Part shown: one piece after another, positions 24,136 to 36,825 of the stretch
Numbering within the stretch: the first letter of the stretch is position 1
Layout of the letters: every line of letters starts with the position of its first letter
Source: Cirrosporium novae-zelandiae
Lineage: Eukaryota
Direction: 5' to 3'
Assembly: GCA_026023565.1 (NCBI GenBank)
Contig: JAPETS010000005.1
Span: forward strand, 62,001 to 126,000
Length of the DNA: 64,000 nt
The notes under the pieces: model-generated
What the model was told of the DNA's origin: nothing
What the model saw: only the letters and a program-made list of their open reading frames with translations
The model's database searches: none
Program-made: the position numbers and the translations under genes

Positions 24136-27032
24136 ATGCAATCGCAGAAATTTTCCGCAAAAGATATCCATTCCATTACAGAGTTACTATGGACTCTTTA
24201 TGAAAAGTCCAAGTCTCCATCTACCGAGTTCCTTAATCTTCATAACGAAGTCTTAGGCTTATATACATAGTCGTTAAAGTCTTGCAAAACGAGGCCGATG
24301 ATGTCACCTCAGTCCTAAATGAAAGTGAAGAGAGAAGAAAACTTGAGCTGGAAGCAATTCTACGCAACTGCATGAAAACTCTAAACCAACTAAGCAGCTA
24401 TCTGGACGAGTACAACAACCTTGAGAATAGCCACAATGATAGGTCCTGGAGCATGCTATGCTTCACCTCCGTGCAGTCACACGCTATACGATCGCGACTG
24501 ATGACTCACACCTCCGCCATCGTGTTTTTCTTGAGTAATTTATGCCGTGGTTCTTTCGGCCTGACTGAGGACAAGCTACACGATGTTACAATGAAAGTCC
24601 AGCCTAGAATATACAAGCAGGAGAGTAGCATTGAAGCCTCACCTTGGAAGCTACTGATGAGTGAATTGGTGGAGGATACGAAGCTTTCAGATATCGAGGC
24701 GCATAAGAAAGAAATAAAGTATTACATAAGGACTTTGGTTCAGAATCAAGACATTAAGAAAGATCCCGACACTAAGGGGGATCTCGACAATAAGGATAAT
24801 CTTGATATTAAGGAGAATCCCGACACCAAGAAAGGAGTACCAGTTAGCACAGATCATACTCCTGCGACATCCTCAATTGGCATGTCAACTGGATCGAAGA
24901 GATCGGCGAAGACACGTAGAGATCTCAGGGCTACGGTCGAGAGTGTTGATGAATCAGACTCTGAAGTGAATACCTCTAAGAGGCCTGCAAAGGCAGATTC
25001 TAATGATTCGCGAAAACCGTTTCTGGATATCTCTGAGCCCACCGCCGAAGCTACTGCAGTACCTACTATTGTGCCTACTACTGTGCCTACTGCCGAAGCT
25101 ACCTCTAAACGGACCACACGCGTTATCGATAGCATATTTGGCTTGTTTCCTCCACTGGGGTATAAGAATTCAGCGAATGATTTATGTGTTGGAATTGATC
25201 TCGGTCCCGACTATTGTAGCATAGCTACATATGATTACAGTTTATGTGATGCTATCCTTCTTCAGTACGAGCCCTCATAGTTAATATTCTTTCTTTCTGA
25301 TATTTTAGAGCTGACTTAAATGAGGAATGAACACTGCAATCGTAATACGCCAGTATACATTGCCTTTACACCAAATGACATATTGATTGGAGAAAATGCA
25401 AAAAGCCAAGCGGCACGAAATGCGGAAAACACGAGTAAGTCAAATTAGATTCACACCATTGAAAAAGGTCTGGCCTCATTTCTTAATGTAGTTTTCGGAT
25501 TCAGCCGGCTGTTAGGAAAGAGGTACGATGATGGTTTTGTGAGAGGGTTTTGTAAGGTATGGACTTGTATGGGTTAATAATTGGCAGATTTCATCTAACA
25601 TTGCTCAAAGAACTTACCCTTCCAAGTGATTAATGATGGTGGCAAGCCTGCATTCTGGATACCTACTCGAAATAAGGCGTACTCACCCGAAACGCTAGTC
25701 GCATTTTTGCTCTCAAAGTTGTTGAGATTAGCTGAGCTACATTTCAAATCTTCGATTGGCTGCACTTATATCGCCGTCCATCCTTCATGCACTATTGAAG
25801 AGCGGCATTCAATTTATAGGGCAGGGCAGGCTGCCTTAGAATCTCATATATCTCGATTCTTTATCTATGTTGTCACCGCCTCAACAGCCGTAGCTTTTAA
25901 ATATGCACACGATTCTGCAACGAGACTACAACATGAGAAATCCGATGAAGCATTACGGGAAACAGTGTTGATAGTTAATGTGGGTGCTTATGGCTTTGAT
26001 ATAGTTGCTGCCACCATCAAAAAAGGCATTTCCCGGAGAGGAAGAATCGAGCTAGTAGGAGGGGAATCGTCATCTCTGCAAGGGAAATCAATTGATCAGG
26101 AGATCGTGGAATCAAAACATCAAGAACTTCGACGGATGCATTCCAAGATCACAAAGTTCTCTCCTCGTGCCAAGGTTCGGGTAAAGAAGGCCGTTGAAGA
26201 AGCACGGAAGCAACTCATCTCTGCATCCAACGTTCCTATGGAATTAGAATCTTTGCAAGATAGTTTTGATTTCGTAAGCGCATTGGACCGGACTGATATT
26301 GAGGCCCAAGTAAAGGATATTCTCCTTCCCCGGCTTTCTTCAGCTTGCAAGCGATTCGGAGCCTGTAGGCGGATTGAGAAGGTTATTTTCACCGGAGACC
26401 TAGCGAAAATGCCTCTAATTCGAAACACGGTCAGATCAGAAATTAAAGCCTTGGATAATCAAAGCAGTGAAGCGGACGCAACAGTGTACCTAATGAGATC
26501 GGTTGATGATATTGCTATTGGTGCCGCTCTCGAAGCCGCTAATCAGAAATCCGACATCTCCCCAACCCAATTTTCGCAGTGTGATTTTGCGCCTGATATC
26601 TTAGGCCTAGAAGTTGGCACAGATATCGAGAAACCTTCTAAAATCATCGATATAGGCACCCATGCCCGAATCCCCTCGGTGAAAAAAATGATGTTTCGGA
26701 CCCTCAGCGAGGATCAAGGCGGAATATATTTCCACGTTTTTACGAAAAACGTTGATGGGCAATCGTCTACCTTTCACGATTTGGTTAGGCTTGCAGTTTC
26801 TTGTCCACCAAACGAACTCATGACGAGATTTTTTGATGTCGAGATTCAGGTATCATTCCTAGAGAATCACGAACTAGAGTTCTGCCTTAGTACGATTGCC
26901 ATTGGGCGCAATAGACGATATAAACTCCTGGATCTCGTTTGCGAACAAGACGGAAATCTGCAGGTAAGGAAAGGAGGTTGTGTTCCTATCACGGAAAGCA
27001 TCGAGAAATATTGGAGATTGGCCGAAGTGTGA
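24136..27032 (+). pseudogene. Fusion of a fungal HeLo-like/SesA-type N-terminal helical domain to a degenerate Hsp70-like domain; one +2 frameshift near 24262 (pseudogene or sequence error)
   Basis: ATG 24136 reads MQSQKFSAKDIHSITELLWTLYEKSK...EVLGLY then stops at 24268; the domain continues in the frame of ORF 24282-25280. The Hsp70-like part reads VGIDLGPDY / NRNTPVYIAFT / IGENAKSQAARNAENT / SRLLGKRYDD across three short introns into ORF 25626-27032. Confidence 0.7.
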
Positions 27033-27484
27033 GCTTGTTGATGACGATATTCTTTGGTGTCCAGAATGGATGACAGAGAGAGGGGTGGGGTTATTTCGTG
27101 TATCTACTCTCATGGGAGAGCCCTCTGGATATGTTGTAATTACATGTAATTTCTTCTGTAAAGCTACACTACTGTGTATGAGCCTTAATCTTTGAAGTGT
27201 GTGGTGTGTGGTGTGTGGTGTGTGGGTAGGAATCTTGGAGAGTCGGAATCGGGAGTCGGGGATTCGGGCAATTGTTCCACCATTTACCGATAGTACCTAT
27301 GTTACCGCAGTAAAAGTGGGAAAATTTCACAGCTTCAACTTCTCACACCAGTATTGCCCAGTAAAGTACCTACCCAGGTATCTAGTTTACTTCTGACCCA
27401 CAGACATCTTGGTACCGAACTTACACCTTCAAAACATCTTCCATACATATTTAGGACTGCATTACCTGACATATATTTCTAAAA

Positions 27485-29059
27485 ATGGACGAAAAACGGG
27501 GCAAGAAAAGAAAGCTCAAGCACTCGAATACTTCTACGCCTTCTGAACCAGCACAATTGCCAACTCCACAGAGCGAGACTACCACCTCCCATAGCCATAG
27601 CCGCTATCATGAAGATTCTCAACTTTCAGCTCTACCTCAGTCCGAAATTGATACCTTCTTGGCCTCCAATTTCATCTCAATTGAAGATCCACAGTCGTCA
27701 TCGCTACGTCCTATAATAGCCTTCGAACATTTGCCCTCGGGTTTACTAGCAGAGCAGTCCCTCTTTCGATCCTTCAAATCCCCTACTCCTATTCAATCGG
27801 CCGCCTGGCCTTATGTACTCTCGAAGCGCGATGTTGTCGGTGTCGCGGAAACGGGCTCTGGGAAAACACTTGCGTTTGGTCTACCGTGCATAAGACGGCT
27901 CGCATCCAATAAAGAGAAGAAGGCCAAGAAAAACAAAAAAGAGAAGGCCAAAGTACGTGCTCTTATATTGTCTCCTACCCGCGAACTTGCTCTACAAACT
28001 ACGGAGCAAATCGAGAAACTTGCAACTCCTGCGAATCTGCCTAGTGTCTGCATTTATGGTGGTGCGCCTAAAGATCCCCAGCGCAATGCTCTCAGATCCG
28101 CCGCTATTGTCGTTGCGACACCCGGCCGTCTTAGAGATTTCCTCGAAGAGGGTGCGCTAGACCTAAGCCATGTAAAATTTCTCGTCCTTGATGAGGCAGA
28201 CAGAATGCTTGACAAAGGATTCGAGGAGGAAATTAAACACATTTTATCGGAAATGCCATCCACAAAAAGTAGGCAGACTCTCATGTTCACTGCAACATGG
28301 CCGCAATCGATTCGAGATCTCGCACAGACCTTTATGACAGAGCCCGTAAAGATTGCAGTCGGTGATAACCCCTCAGGAGAGTTGCGTGCAAATACAAGGA
28401 TTAAGCAGCAGGTTGAAGTCATAGATTCCCAAGGCAAAGACAGACGCCTCATGGAAGTCCTTCGCCAACACCATTCGGGCTCCCAAAAAGATGATCGCAT
28501 TCTTATTTTCTGTCTTTACAAGAAGGAGGCCGCGCGGGTGGAAAGCTCAATACGGTATCGTGGCTTTCGCGTTGCTGGTATACATGGGGATATGAATCAG
28601 GCCGCCAGAGAGAAGAGTCTTGACGCATTTAAGAAAGGAGAAGTGACGTTATTGGTGGCTACGGATGTTGCAGCCAGAGGATTGGATATTCCGGAGGTGA
28701 AGCTGGTGGTTAATGTCACGTTCCCATTGACGATTGAAGATTACGTGCATAGGATTGGTCGAACTGGAAGAGCGGGTAAAACAGGGATTGCAATTACGTT
28801 CTTCACGGACTTTGATAAGGCCCACTCAGGAGAGTGAGTGTTCCCTGTTTACGACCATTTGACGACCGATAATTTTTTATGGCATAACTAACCTTTCTTC
28901 AGGCTTATCAACGTTCTCAAAGCCGCCTCCCAGCCTGTCCCCGAGGATCTCATGAAGTTCGGTACCACGGTCAAGAAGAAGGAGCATTCGGCGTATGGGG
29001 CGTTTTATAAAGATGTGGATACGACTGTCAAGGCCAAGAAGATTAAGTTTGATGAATAA
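27485..29059 (+). CDS. DBP3: DEAD-box RNA helicase Dbp3 (60S biogenesis); 2 exons
   Basis: [23 protein letters not shown], Dbp3-type [17 protein letters not shown], and C-terminal [20 protein letters not shown]. Confidence 0.95.
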
Positions 29060-29576
29060 AATAGAGGATAGAGGATAGAGAAAAAAGAAAAGAAAGATAG
29101 ACGGATGTGCAAAAGTGGTTAGAGGCATCCTAGGACATTCATGCATTATGCTTTGAAGAAAACAGGTGGTCAATATAATTTCCAACTGGGTTTTGCATAG
29201 GGAAAAACGGTGTATCTGAATGATTGAAAGCAATGATTTACCTTGATATAAGAATTCTTCATTCAAATATCCGTCCACAGCATTGATCCCTTTCAGCTAT
29301 CCTCACATATCAAAAGGATTTATTGCGGCAATGAAAAGTTAGAGATCATTTGGTAAGATTAGGGATTATAGTAGTATCTGGTACAATATTTGGAATCTAT
29401 ATATTTATTTTCATTCATCCTATAGCAAGAATGTGTGGTTTGAGCAGCGGTTCAATCAGCGTTCTAGTCCATGGACTATAATCAAATAGTCTATCAGTAT
29501 CAAAGATGATATGCGATATAGCGGATCTAGTGGATAATATACCTATCAAACAGATGACCTTCTGCCACTTATATTC

Positions 29577-30068
29577 CTACTTCCCCTCAACTGACCCCTT
29601 CAGTTGGGTGAAAAATTTCTCCCACTCTTGATCGGCAATTTTGTTTTCCTCTGCTGGTGCTACGTCCACAGTCAGAGACTCTCCCTGCACCCCTAACACC
29701 TTCAATGCTCTCTGAATTCTCTCCGCCTCCTCCTTGGTATCTGTGCACCAACTCCATGGCCTCCCAACTTCCTTTTTTGGTTCCTTTACCCCCGGGATAC
29801 CGCCAAGTCCATTTGCAAAGGCCTTTACCAAGAAAAAGGCTTTGGCAATGGCACGGTTTTCTTCGTCTTGGGCAGTTCCGGGACCAGCCACCTTGAGGGG
29901 CCCTTCGACGTGGCAGAAGCGCACAGTTGGGTTGAGGATAAAAACAACATCACCAGGAGGATCGAGAGGGACATGTCGCATTGAAAAATGCCAGTGGTTT
30001 GGGGCTATCCCAGAAGGTACGGTTTCTTTGCGAGGTAGCGAATTGAAGGAGGAGATGACTGCTTCCAT
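29577..30068 (-). CDS. Hypothetical protein (163 aa, intronless)
   Basis: ATG in CCACCATGG context, ordinary globular composition; no function recognised. Confidence 0.7.
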   Translation of the reverse strand: MEAVISSFNSLPRKETVPSGIAPNHWHFSMRHVPLDPPGDVVFILNPTVRFCHVEGPLKVAGPGTAQDEENRAIAKAFFLVKAFANGLGGIPGVKEPKKEVGRPWSWCTDTKEEAERIQRALKVLGVQGESLTVDVAPAEENKIADQEWEKFFTQLKGSVEGK

Positions 30069-30640
30069 GGTGGGGGGACTGTGCGATGGATTATTGTATA
30101 GATAGCGGGGGAGGGAGGGGGAGGGGTATAAACAGTATATTTGGAAACTTATGGATGTAGAAACAGGAGAGAGGAGAAAATTAAAGGATGATTTATAAAT
30201 GTTTTCAGGATGACATGCTCGCTGGCGTGCCAGGATATTACATGTATTACATGTATCAATGGCATGATAATTTCAATTAATTCTGAGCTTGATTCCTGAT
30301 TTTCCCATCAGCCGATAAATCGAATTTTCTTCTTTTGTATCGTCGACGAACTTTAATGAGTGTGCCACTTTTTTTTGCATTTTGTTTTTTTTGCATCGAA
30401 GCATTTGGGTGAAATAACTCCTGAAGATCTTGAGGTTTCTTTTTTGTTTCGAATTATAAATCTCAGGATTATATATATCATGCGAAAAAGTGTGACTGTC
30501 ATCTTTGTTGAAGATTTCGTTTCGTGTTGTGGTCATCATTTGTGGACACATCACCATCACCATCACCCATCATTCTTCTTCTTCCCCGTCCTTCTCTAAA
30601 TATTAATTCATTAATTGATGTATCCAATTCTTGACCTATC

Positions 30641-32471
30641 ATGGCCGGTGACAATGTCCTTCAAGCCTCAGCTCGGGGAGCTCAATACCTCATTCTCCTT
30701 CAGATCGGCTCTCGCGCCCTAACTTTCATCTTCAATCAAATTCTCCTGCGCTTTCTGTCTCCTTCTATTCTCGCTGTATCTACTCAATTGGAATTATTCT
30801 CAATCTCCATCTTTGCATTTTCGAGAGATAGTCTTAGAGTTGCGTTGCAGAGGGCGGGCGGCGCTGATGGAAATAATGGCTCTCGGTCCTCGTCCGCCAT
30901 TACTACTCGCAAAGCTCAAGTAGCAATCAATATATCCTACCTTTCGCTCCCTCTCGGCACTTTTTTTGCTCTCCTCTTTGCTTATATCTACTACGCTCAT
31001 GCTTCTTCTTCTACTTCTGGCATCCTCTCTATCCCGTATTTCGCCACGTCATTATTAGCATACGGCCTGGCTGCCCTCCTCGAACTAGCCACGGAACCAG
31101 CATTCACGCTCCTCCAGCAAAGACTGATTTACTCGGTTCGCGCCTCTGCAGAAGGCCTAGGTGCACTCACCAGATGTCTCGTCACATGCGGGACGGCATT
31201 CTGGGGGTTCCGACAGGGCAACGATTTGGGGGTGTTACCGTTTGCAATGGGGCAGATGGCTTGGGCAACTACTCTGGCAGCAATATACCTCGTTAGAACG
31301 GTCCCAATTGCTCGAAAAGAGAACGTTTCTCTGATCATCCAGCCGATCCACGACCCCTCCAACAACAAATACCTCTTTGGCATCTTCTCCCAGCCTCTCC
31401 TCACAACAACAATAAACCTCTACATCCAATCGCTAGTAAAATACCTCCTCACGCAAGGCGACACCCTCCTCATCAGCGTGCTCGCAACCCTCGAAACCCA
31501 AGGCGCCTACGCCCTCGCCTCAAACTACGGCTCTCTAATCGCACGCCTGATATTCCAACCGCTAGAAGAAACTTCGCGCTCCGTCTTCGCTAACCTCCTC
31601 GCCTCACCATTCTCACCAACATCAACCCCCCAAGAAACAGAAACAAAACCCAAAACAGAAACGAAAACCAACCCAAAGCCCAACAACCACAACCCGACAC
31701 CTACCCAACTCTCTCCCTACCTCCTAACGCTCCTCCACCTAACCACGCTCCTAACGCTCCTCGCCTGCTCCCTCGGACCCCCCCTGGCCCCCCTGCTGCT
31801 AACCACGCTCCTGTCCTCCCGCTGGACGCACACCTCCGCCCCCCGCGTCCTCGCAACCTACACGCTCTACATCCCGATCCTATTTCTAAACGGGCTCTCG
31901 GAATCCTTCGTCGCGGTCGCGGCCTCCAATGCCCAGATCCGCGCCCAATCCGCATTCATGACGGCGGCGTTCTTCGTCTATGCGGCCGCCGCGGGACTGC
32001 TGGTGGGCGTTTTCGATCTCGGTGGTGTGGGCCTCGTGGCTGCGAATGCGCTTAATTTGGTGGGGAGGATTGCGTGGTGTGCTAGGTTTGTGTTGGGGTA
32101 TCTAGGTGAGGATGCAGTGGAGGTGGAGTGGAGGGATGCGCTGCCGAGTGCGGGTTCGGTTTCTACGGCTTTGGTTTCTGGGCTGGTTTTGAGGGGTTTG
32201 GGGGACGGCGGGGGGCTGGGGGAGTTAGTTAAGGGGGGATTCGTTGCCGGTTTGGCGGGCTTGGCTATGTGAGTTTTAATTTTCTCGCTCTCTAACTTGA
32301 TGTTCCCTTTTCTCCCCCCTTTAAAAACAACAACAACGACCACCCCAGCACAATCTATTCTATATAAACACAAGCAATCCCACTAACCTAAATTCCGCTC
32401 ACAGTCTCTACTTCGAACGATCACGCCTGCTAGATTCTTATAACCTAATACGGCTGGGACGGAAACGGTGA
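30641..32471 (+). CDS. RFT1: Man5GlcNAc2-PP-dolichol translocation protein Rft1; intron about 32269-32404
   Basis: LILLQIGSRALTFIFNQILLRFLSP, SRDSLRVALQR, KYLLTQGD, QGAYALASNYGSLIARLIFQPLEETSR, YIPILFLNGLSESFV. Confidence 0.93.
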
Positions 32472-32858
32472 GTGAGTGAAGGGGACGGGGGAGAAAAAAA
32501 ACGTTCCGGGTTTTTTTTTTCAAAAGTTAAGGGTATATATATATAACTGGGGTGGGGTAGCGCTGACTGGCTGTGAGTGAGGTCTAAGCTGAGTTAAGCT
32601 GAGCTGAGCTCTACGAGGGAGAGGGAAATAGAGACGTTTTTTTTATATCTAGGAACTGGTAGCTATAGATAGATAGATCAATACGACTCCAAGGAAGGGG
32701 TGGGATCTGTAACGGTTATTATTTTTTTATATGACATCTAGAGATATTATATTATATAGATATATATGTGTGTGTGTTGTGTGTGGGTATATATATATCA
32801 CACACGAACTTTTCAGTAGGATTGTCGTGGAACAAAAAAAAAATACTAATACGAATAC

Positions 32859-34519
32859 TTACACAGCATATCTAAAATTCTGATTCTGCATATCAGTCCG
32901 ATCCAAAAATTCACTATCGGGCAAGACCTCCACGCCCTCAACTGTAGCTTTCAAACCCCTCCTCTGATTCTCCCGCCGATTAACCAAATAAAGCGCCAAG
33001 CAGCACAAAAAACTCACGATCCAGCACCCAATCACACCCAACTTCGCCTTCCGGTACGTCGGCCCGTCCCTAAAAATCTGCGGCCCGACCAGAAACCCAA
33101 CGCAATAGGCAATGAGGTTGAGTGCGTTGACGGTGACTTTTTTCGTGTAGCCTGCGCAGTTGGTGGCGATCATGCCGAGGATTATGATGAAGGCCGGGGA
33201 GCTGTTGCCGATGGTGATGTAGTAGCCCACGAGCTGGCCGATACGGGCGCGGAGGGGATTTGAAGGAGTGGCGAGGCCGACCATGAGGCTGGGGCCGAAG
33301 ATTGAGAGGAGCATGCTTAGTGCGGCGACGAGGGCACGGTTGTGGAGTTTGTGCGCCAGCCAGCAGAAGATGAAGGTTGTAGTTAGTTGGACGAGGCCAC
33401 TTGGCATGGAGATTAGGAGGGTTTCTGTGGTCGAGAAGCCGTAGCCTGAGATTAGGAGTGTAAAGAATACGGTAATGCCCCCCGACGGGATTTCGCAGGC
33501 GAGCGTGAAGAGGAAGTAGAGCCACGTCTGGATGGATGGGGGTGGGGATTAGCGGGGCGAGGGGTTGAGAGGAGGGGGGGTGCATGAGGCTTACTCTGAT
33601 ATCCGTCAGGGCTTCTTTGAACTGGTCTTTCTTGAATTTACGATTGCCAAGACCTTGTTGGTTGCTTCGAATGCGTTCAATGGCTGCAAGCTTTTCCTCC
33701 TCGGTCAGCCATTTTGCATCCAGGATTGTATTTGGCATAAACCAAAGTCCGGCTCCAAAGCAACTGGTCAACAGACCGCATAGAATGAAGATGATCTTCC
33801 AGCCTGGGTAGGTGATTCTGGGGTTATTCTCAAGCCCCTGGGCAATCCCATAAGCAACGGCCCCACCAACAATCGCCGAGACACCGTTGAACGAAAACCA
33901 AATACCAATTCGATTCGTCTGCTCGTCGGCGCGGTACCAGCGTGCGGTAATAAGGACGAAACCTGGTGTGACGGATCCCTCCAGAGCTCCTAGAAATGCC
34001 CGAACGACCATCAGAGATGGATAGTTCTTGCACGCTGCCATGCAGCAGAGAACCAACCCCCATAGGATAATACACGTGGACAAGTATTTGGTGGCTGGGA
34101 GCTTTTGCAAAAGAAAATTGTGGGGGTACTCGAAGATGAGATAGCCTGCATAGAAGATGGATCCAATCCAGCCATATTGATAAGTGTTTAGGTTTGTGTC
34201 TGTTTTGAGCCCCATTATAGCAGCATATGATAACCTGTCTTCTCAATTAGCATATGAAGGGTTGAAAAAGACCTCGCAAATGATATGCTTACGCAGTCTT
34301 ATCGAGGTACTGTAGAAGGTATAGAGTGCACATCAGGGGTAGCAGATGCCAGTCAATCTTCCGTAGAACACGCTTATTGGTCTCAGTGTCAAGCTCGAAC
34401 ACTTGACCTCTGACAAATTTGAGGGCTTGATCTGCATCATTTTCGTTGATGGATAACTTAGATGGCACCTCAGCATCTGTGGACAAGAACCCTTTGACCT
34501 TGGAGTCAATAGCTGGCAT
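32859..34519 (-). CDS. MFS transporter, anion:cation symporter (Dal5/allantoate permease) family; 3 exons
   Basis: LRKIDWHLLPLMC..LQYLDK, SIFYAGYLIFEYP, RAFLGALEG, AIERIRSNQQG, NCAGYTKK, FLDRTDMQNQNFRYAV. Confidence 0.92.
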
Positions 34520-34996
34520 GTTGCGGCTAGTTTGTTAAAGCCCTTGGGGTCGAGCTCGAAGCTCGCCCTTGAGAGGTCCTCGAGCAATTTAACCCAATGC
34601 ATGCTGAGATATCACATTATTACCTGCAAGTTGGTGTATTTTTCTTATCGTAACGAGTTTTTTTTTATCCAAGACTTTTGATGACGACGATGTTAAAGGT
34701 GGAGGTGAGCGAAGAGTGGAAGATAACGTCGGCCTTTCTCCGAAGAATTAACGTTATCAAGTATGGGGCCTTTTGGTGGGTCTCGCACTTCCTCGATACC
34801 TCTTATGGTAACGGGTCATCGGTCCAAAATTTCGTTTTCAGGCCCGGTTTTCGGCTTTGGGCTCTGGGCTTTGGGCTTTTCGCATTTGCCCTTAATCTCT
34901 ACCTAAACTTCTAGCAATGATCCGACGTAGTCCAATCCTAAAGGGGCCTCCATAAGACCATTGGTGAACTCGAATGCTGCTGTTCAGTACTGGAAA

Positions 34997-36825
34997 TTAT
35001 ATCGCATTCACAAAACTTCTCCATACTCTATAAAATTCCCTGCCCCCCTTCCAGAGTGACGAACATGATATTAAGATTTCAGAACATTCGAGCAGAGCAC
35101 CTACCAACTCTGCTTTATCAACCCAATCACTAGTGATGCCAGTGACAATGATGCACCCAGCAGTGAATGCTTTGGTACTGGCCATGAATGGCGGAACGAA
35201 TCCAGAACTAGGAGCGATTTGAAGATGAAGACCATGAAGAAATTGCGCAGCCGCAGATACCATGGTCGTGCATAGCCATTGCAAAGCAGTGAAACTTTGA
35301 CCTTCTTGCATTAACGAGCAAAACCTACACGGTTTATGCCCAATGCACAGTGGCAAAAAAAGAAGCCACGTTTCTAGAACAAGAGGGTTTTGAGCTGGCA
35401 GTTTACTGAGACTTGCAATTAGACTCGACAACGGTTCTTGGGTAGGGCATGGGTGAGTGTCATATGGCTTATTGGATTCATAGAGCTCCGAAGATATGTG
35501 CTTATGGATCTCAAAGATAGTATCCTGCTGATAGAGGTTCGAGAAGGCAGAAGATGCCAACATCGTCGGCTTTTGAAAAATCATTGATACAGGCCTATGA
35601 ATACATTATATTAACTGCCGGAGGTCATTTCATTTAAAGGCTACACTGATTGGCACATACCTTTCGATCGAATATAAGACAGTCATCAACTGTCGTATCC
35701 TGGAATCGCTGAAACCATTTCCACCCGGACCTTCTATGATAAAAGAATCATGCGATTTCGCGCTCCCTTCCGCTTCCTCGTCTTCAACTCTCTGCCATCC
35801 GAGTTGTAGGCAAGTTCGAATAGCAAATCCTAGAAACTCCCACAACATTCCTCTATCTGGGTCTGCTAACTCATAAACCAATAACAGTAGAAGTGCCACG
35901 AAGGCCTCCCCATCGCGTTCAGAGACGATCGGTGTTGCAAGTTCACCAGCCCATTCCCGACAGACCTTTGCTATTACACGCCAATTCGGTTCACGGTAGC
36001 TTTTATGTGCAGCAGCGATGCTACACGCAATAAGAGTATGAAATCTTTGCAGCCTTGGGAGAGTTTTCAGAGTACATTCTTCTTCTTTTACGAAAGATAG
36101 CGGAAGGATAGGATAACTAGGTCGAATATTTCTGTCGAAATGTGCGAGAAGAAGACGAACGGTAGCAGTTGAGACTACAGATCTGTCAATCTTCGAAAAA
36201 TCTAGTACATCTTCATTACTATCGGGCTCCAGTTGTAATGACGGTGCTTGAATTTTATTATCTAAAGCGAGGAGCGCTTGTACAGCTGCACATGCATTTA
36301 TGGCCGGTAGAGAGGGTCCAAGGTAGAGATATTGCCCATTTTTTGAGGCTGGGACATAGAACGACTGCTTTTGGAGAGTGAAGGTGTTAATTGTCCCCTG
36401 ATGCCGACTGTGCCTGCATATTAATCCCTCAGCTATGACCTAAGGATAGGAGAATGAAACTGACTCTGGTGGACCGTGGTCTTCCAGCGAAAGAAGCGAT
36501 TTAAGTTCTTCAATTCGATCGTAAAGGCTCTTCACATAACTATCATGATTGGAAGGTCAAATTCATGAAGAGTAATCTTTCAATGGAGAGATGATATACC
36601 TTCGAGGGACGTTCTCTTGTAGAACATCGTCTTTGAACGTACATAGCAATTGAGCTTTTGCGCAATTGGCGCAAGCTGGTAGGAGAGCATCACACTGGGA
36701 ATAGAGTTAGAAAATAAGGTAATTAGGTGAAGGATGATATGAATAGGAGGAGGGAAATAATGATGATGACGGTGAACGGGTACCTTAATCCTTCGAGCTC
36801 GACATCGATTACAAGTCTGTAACAT
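34997..36825 (-). CDS. Zn(II)2Cys6 transcription factor; about 5 exons; start uncertain
   Basis: Spliced CNRCRARRIK|CDALLPACANCAKAQLLC followed by coiled coil YVKSLYDRIEELK; the frame continues to ALLLLLVYELADP and ORF 34997-35584. Confidence 0.85.

Noticed and set aside
27197..27270. GT-rich tandem repeats (GTGTGTG units; GAGTCGG/GAATCGG units) that resemble telomeric or CRISPR repeats
   Set aside because: Short simple-sequence repeats with no TTAGGG array and no spacers
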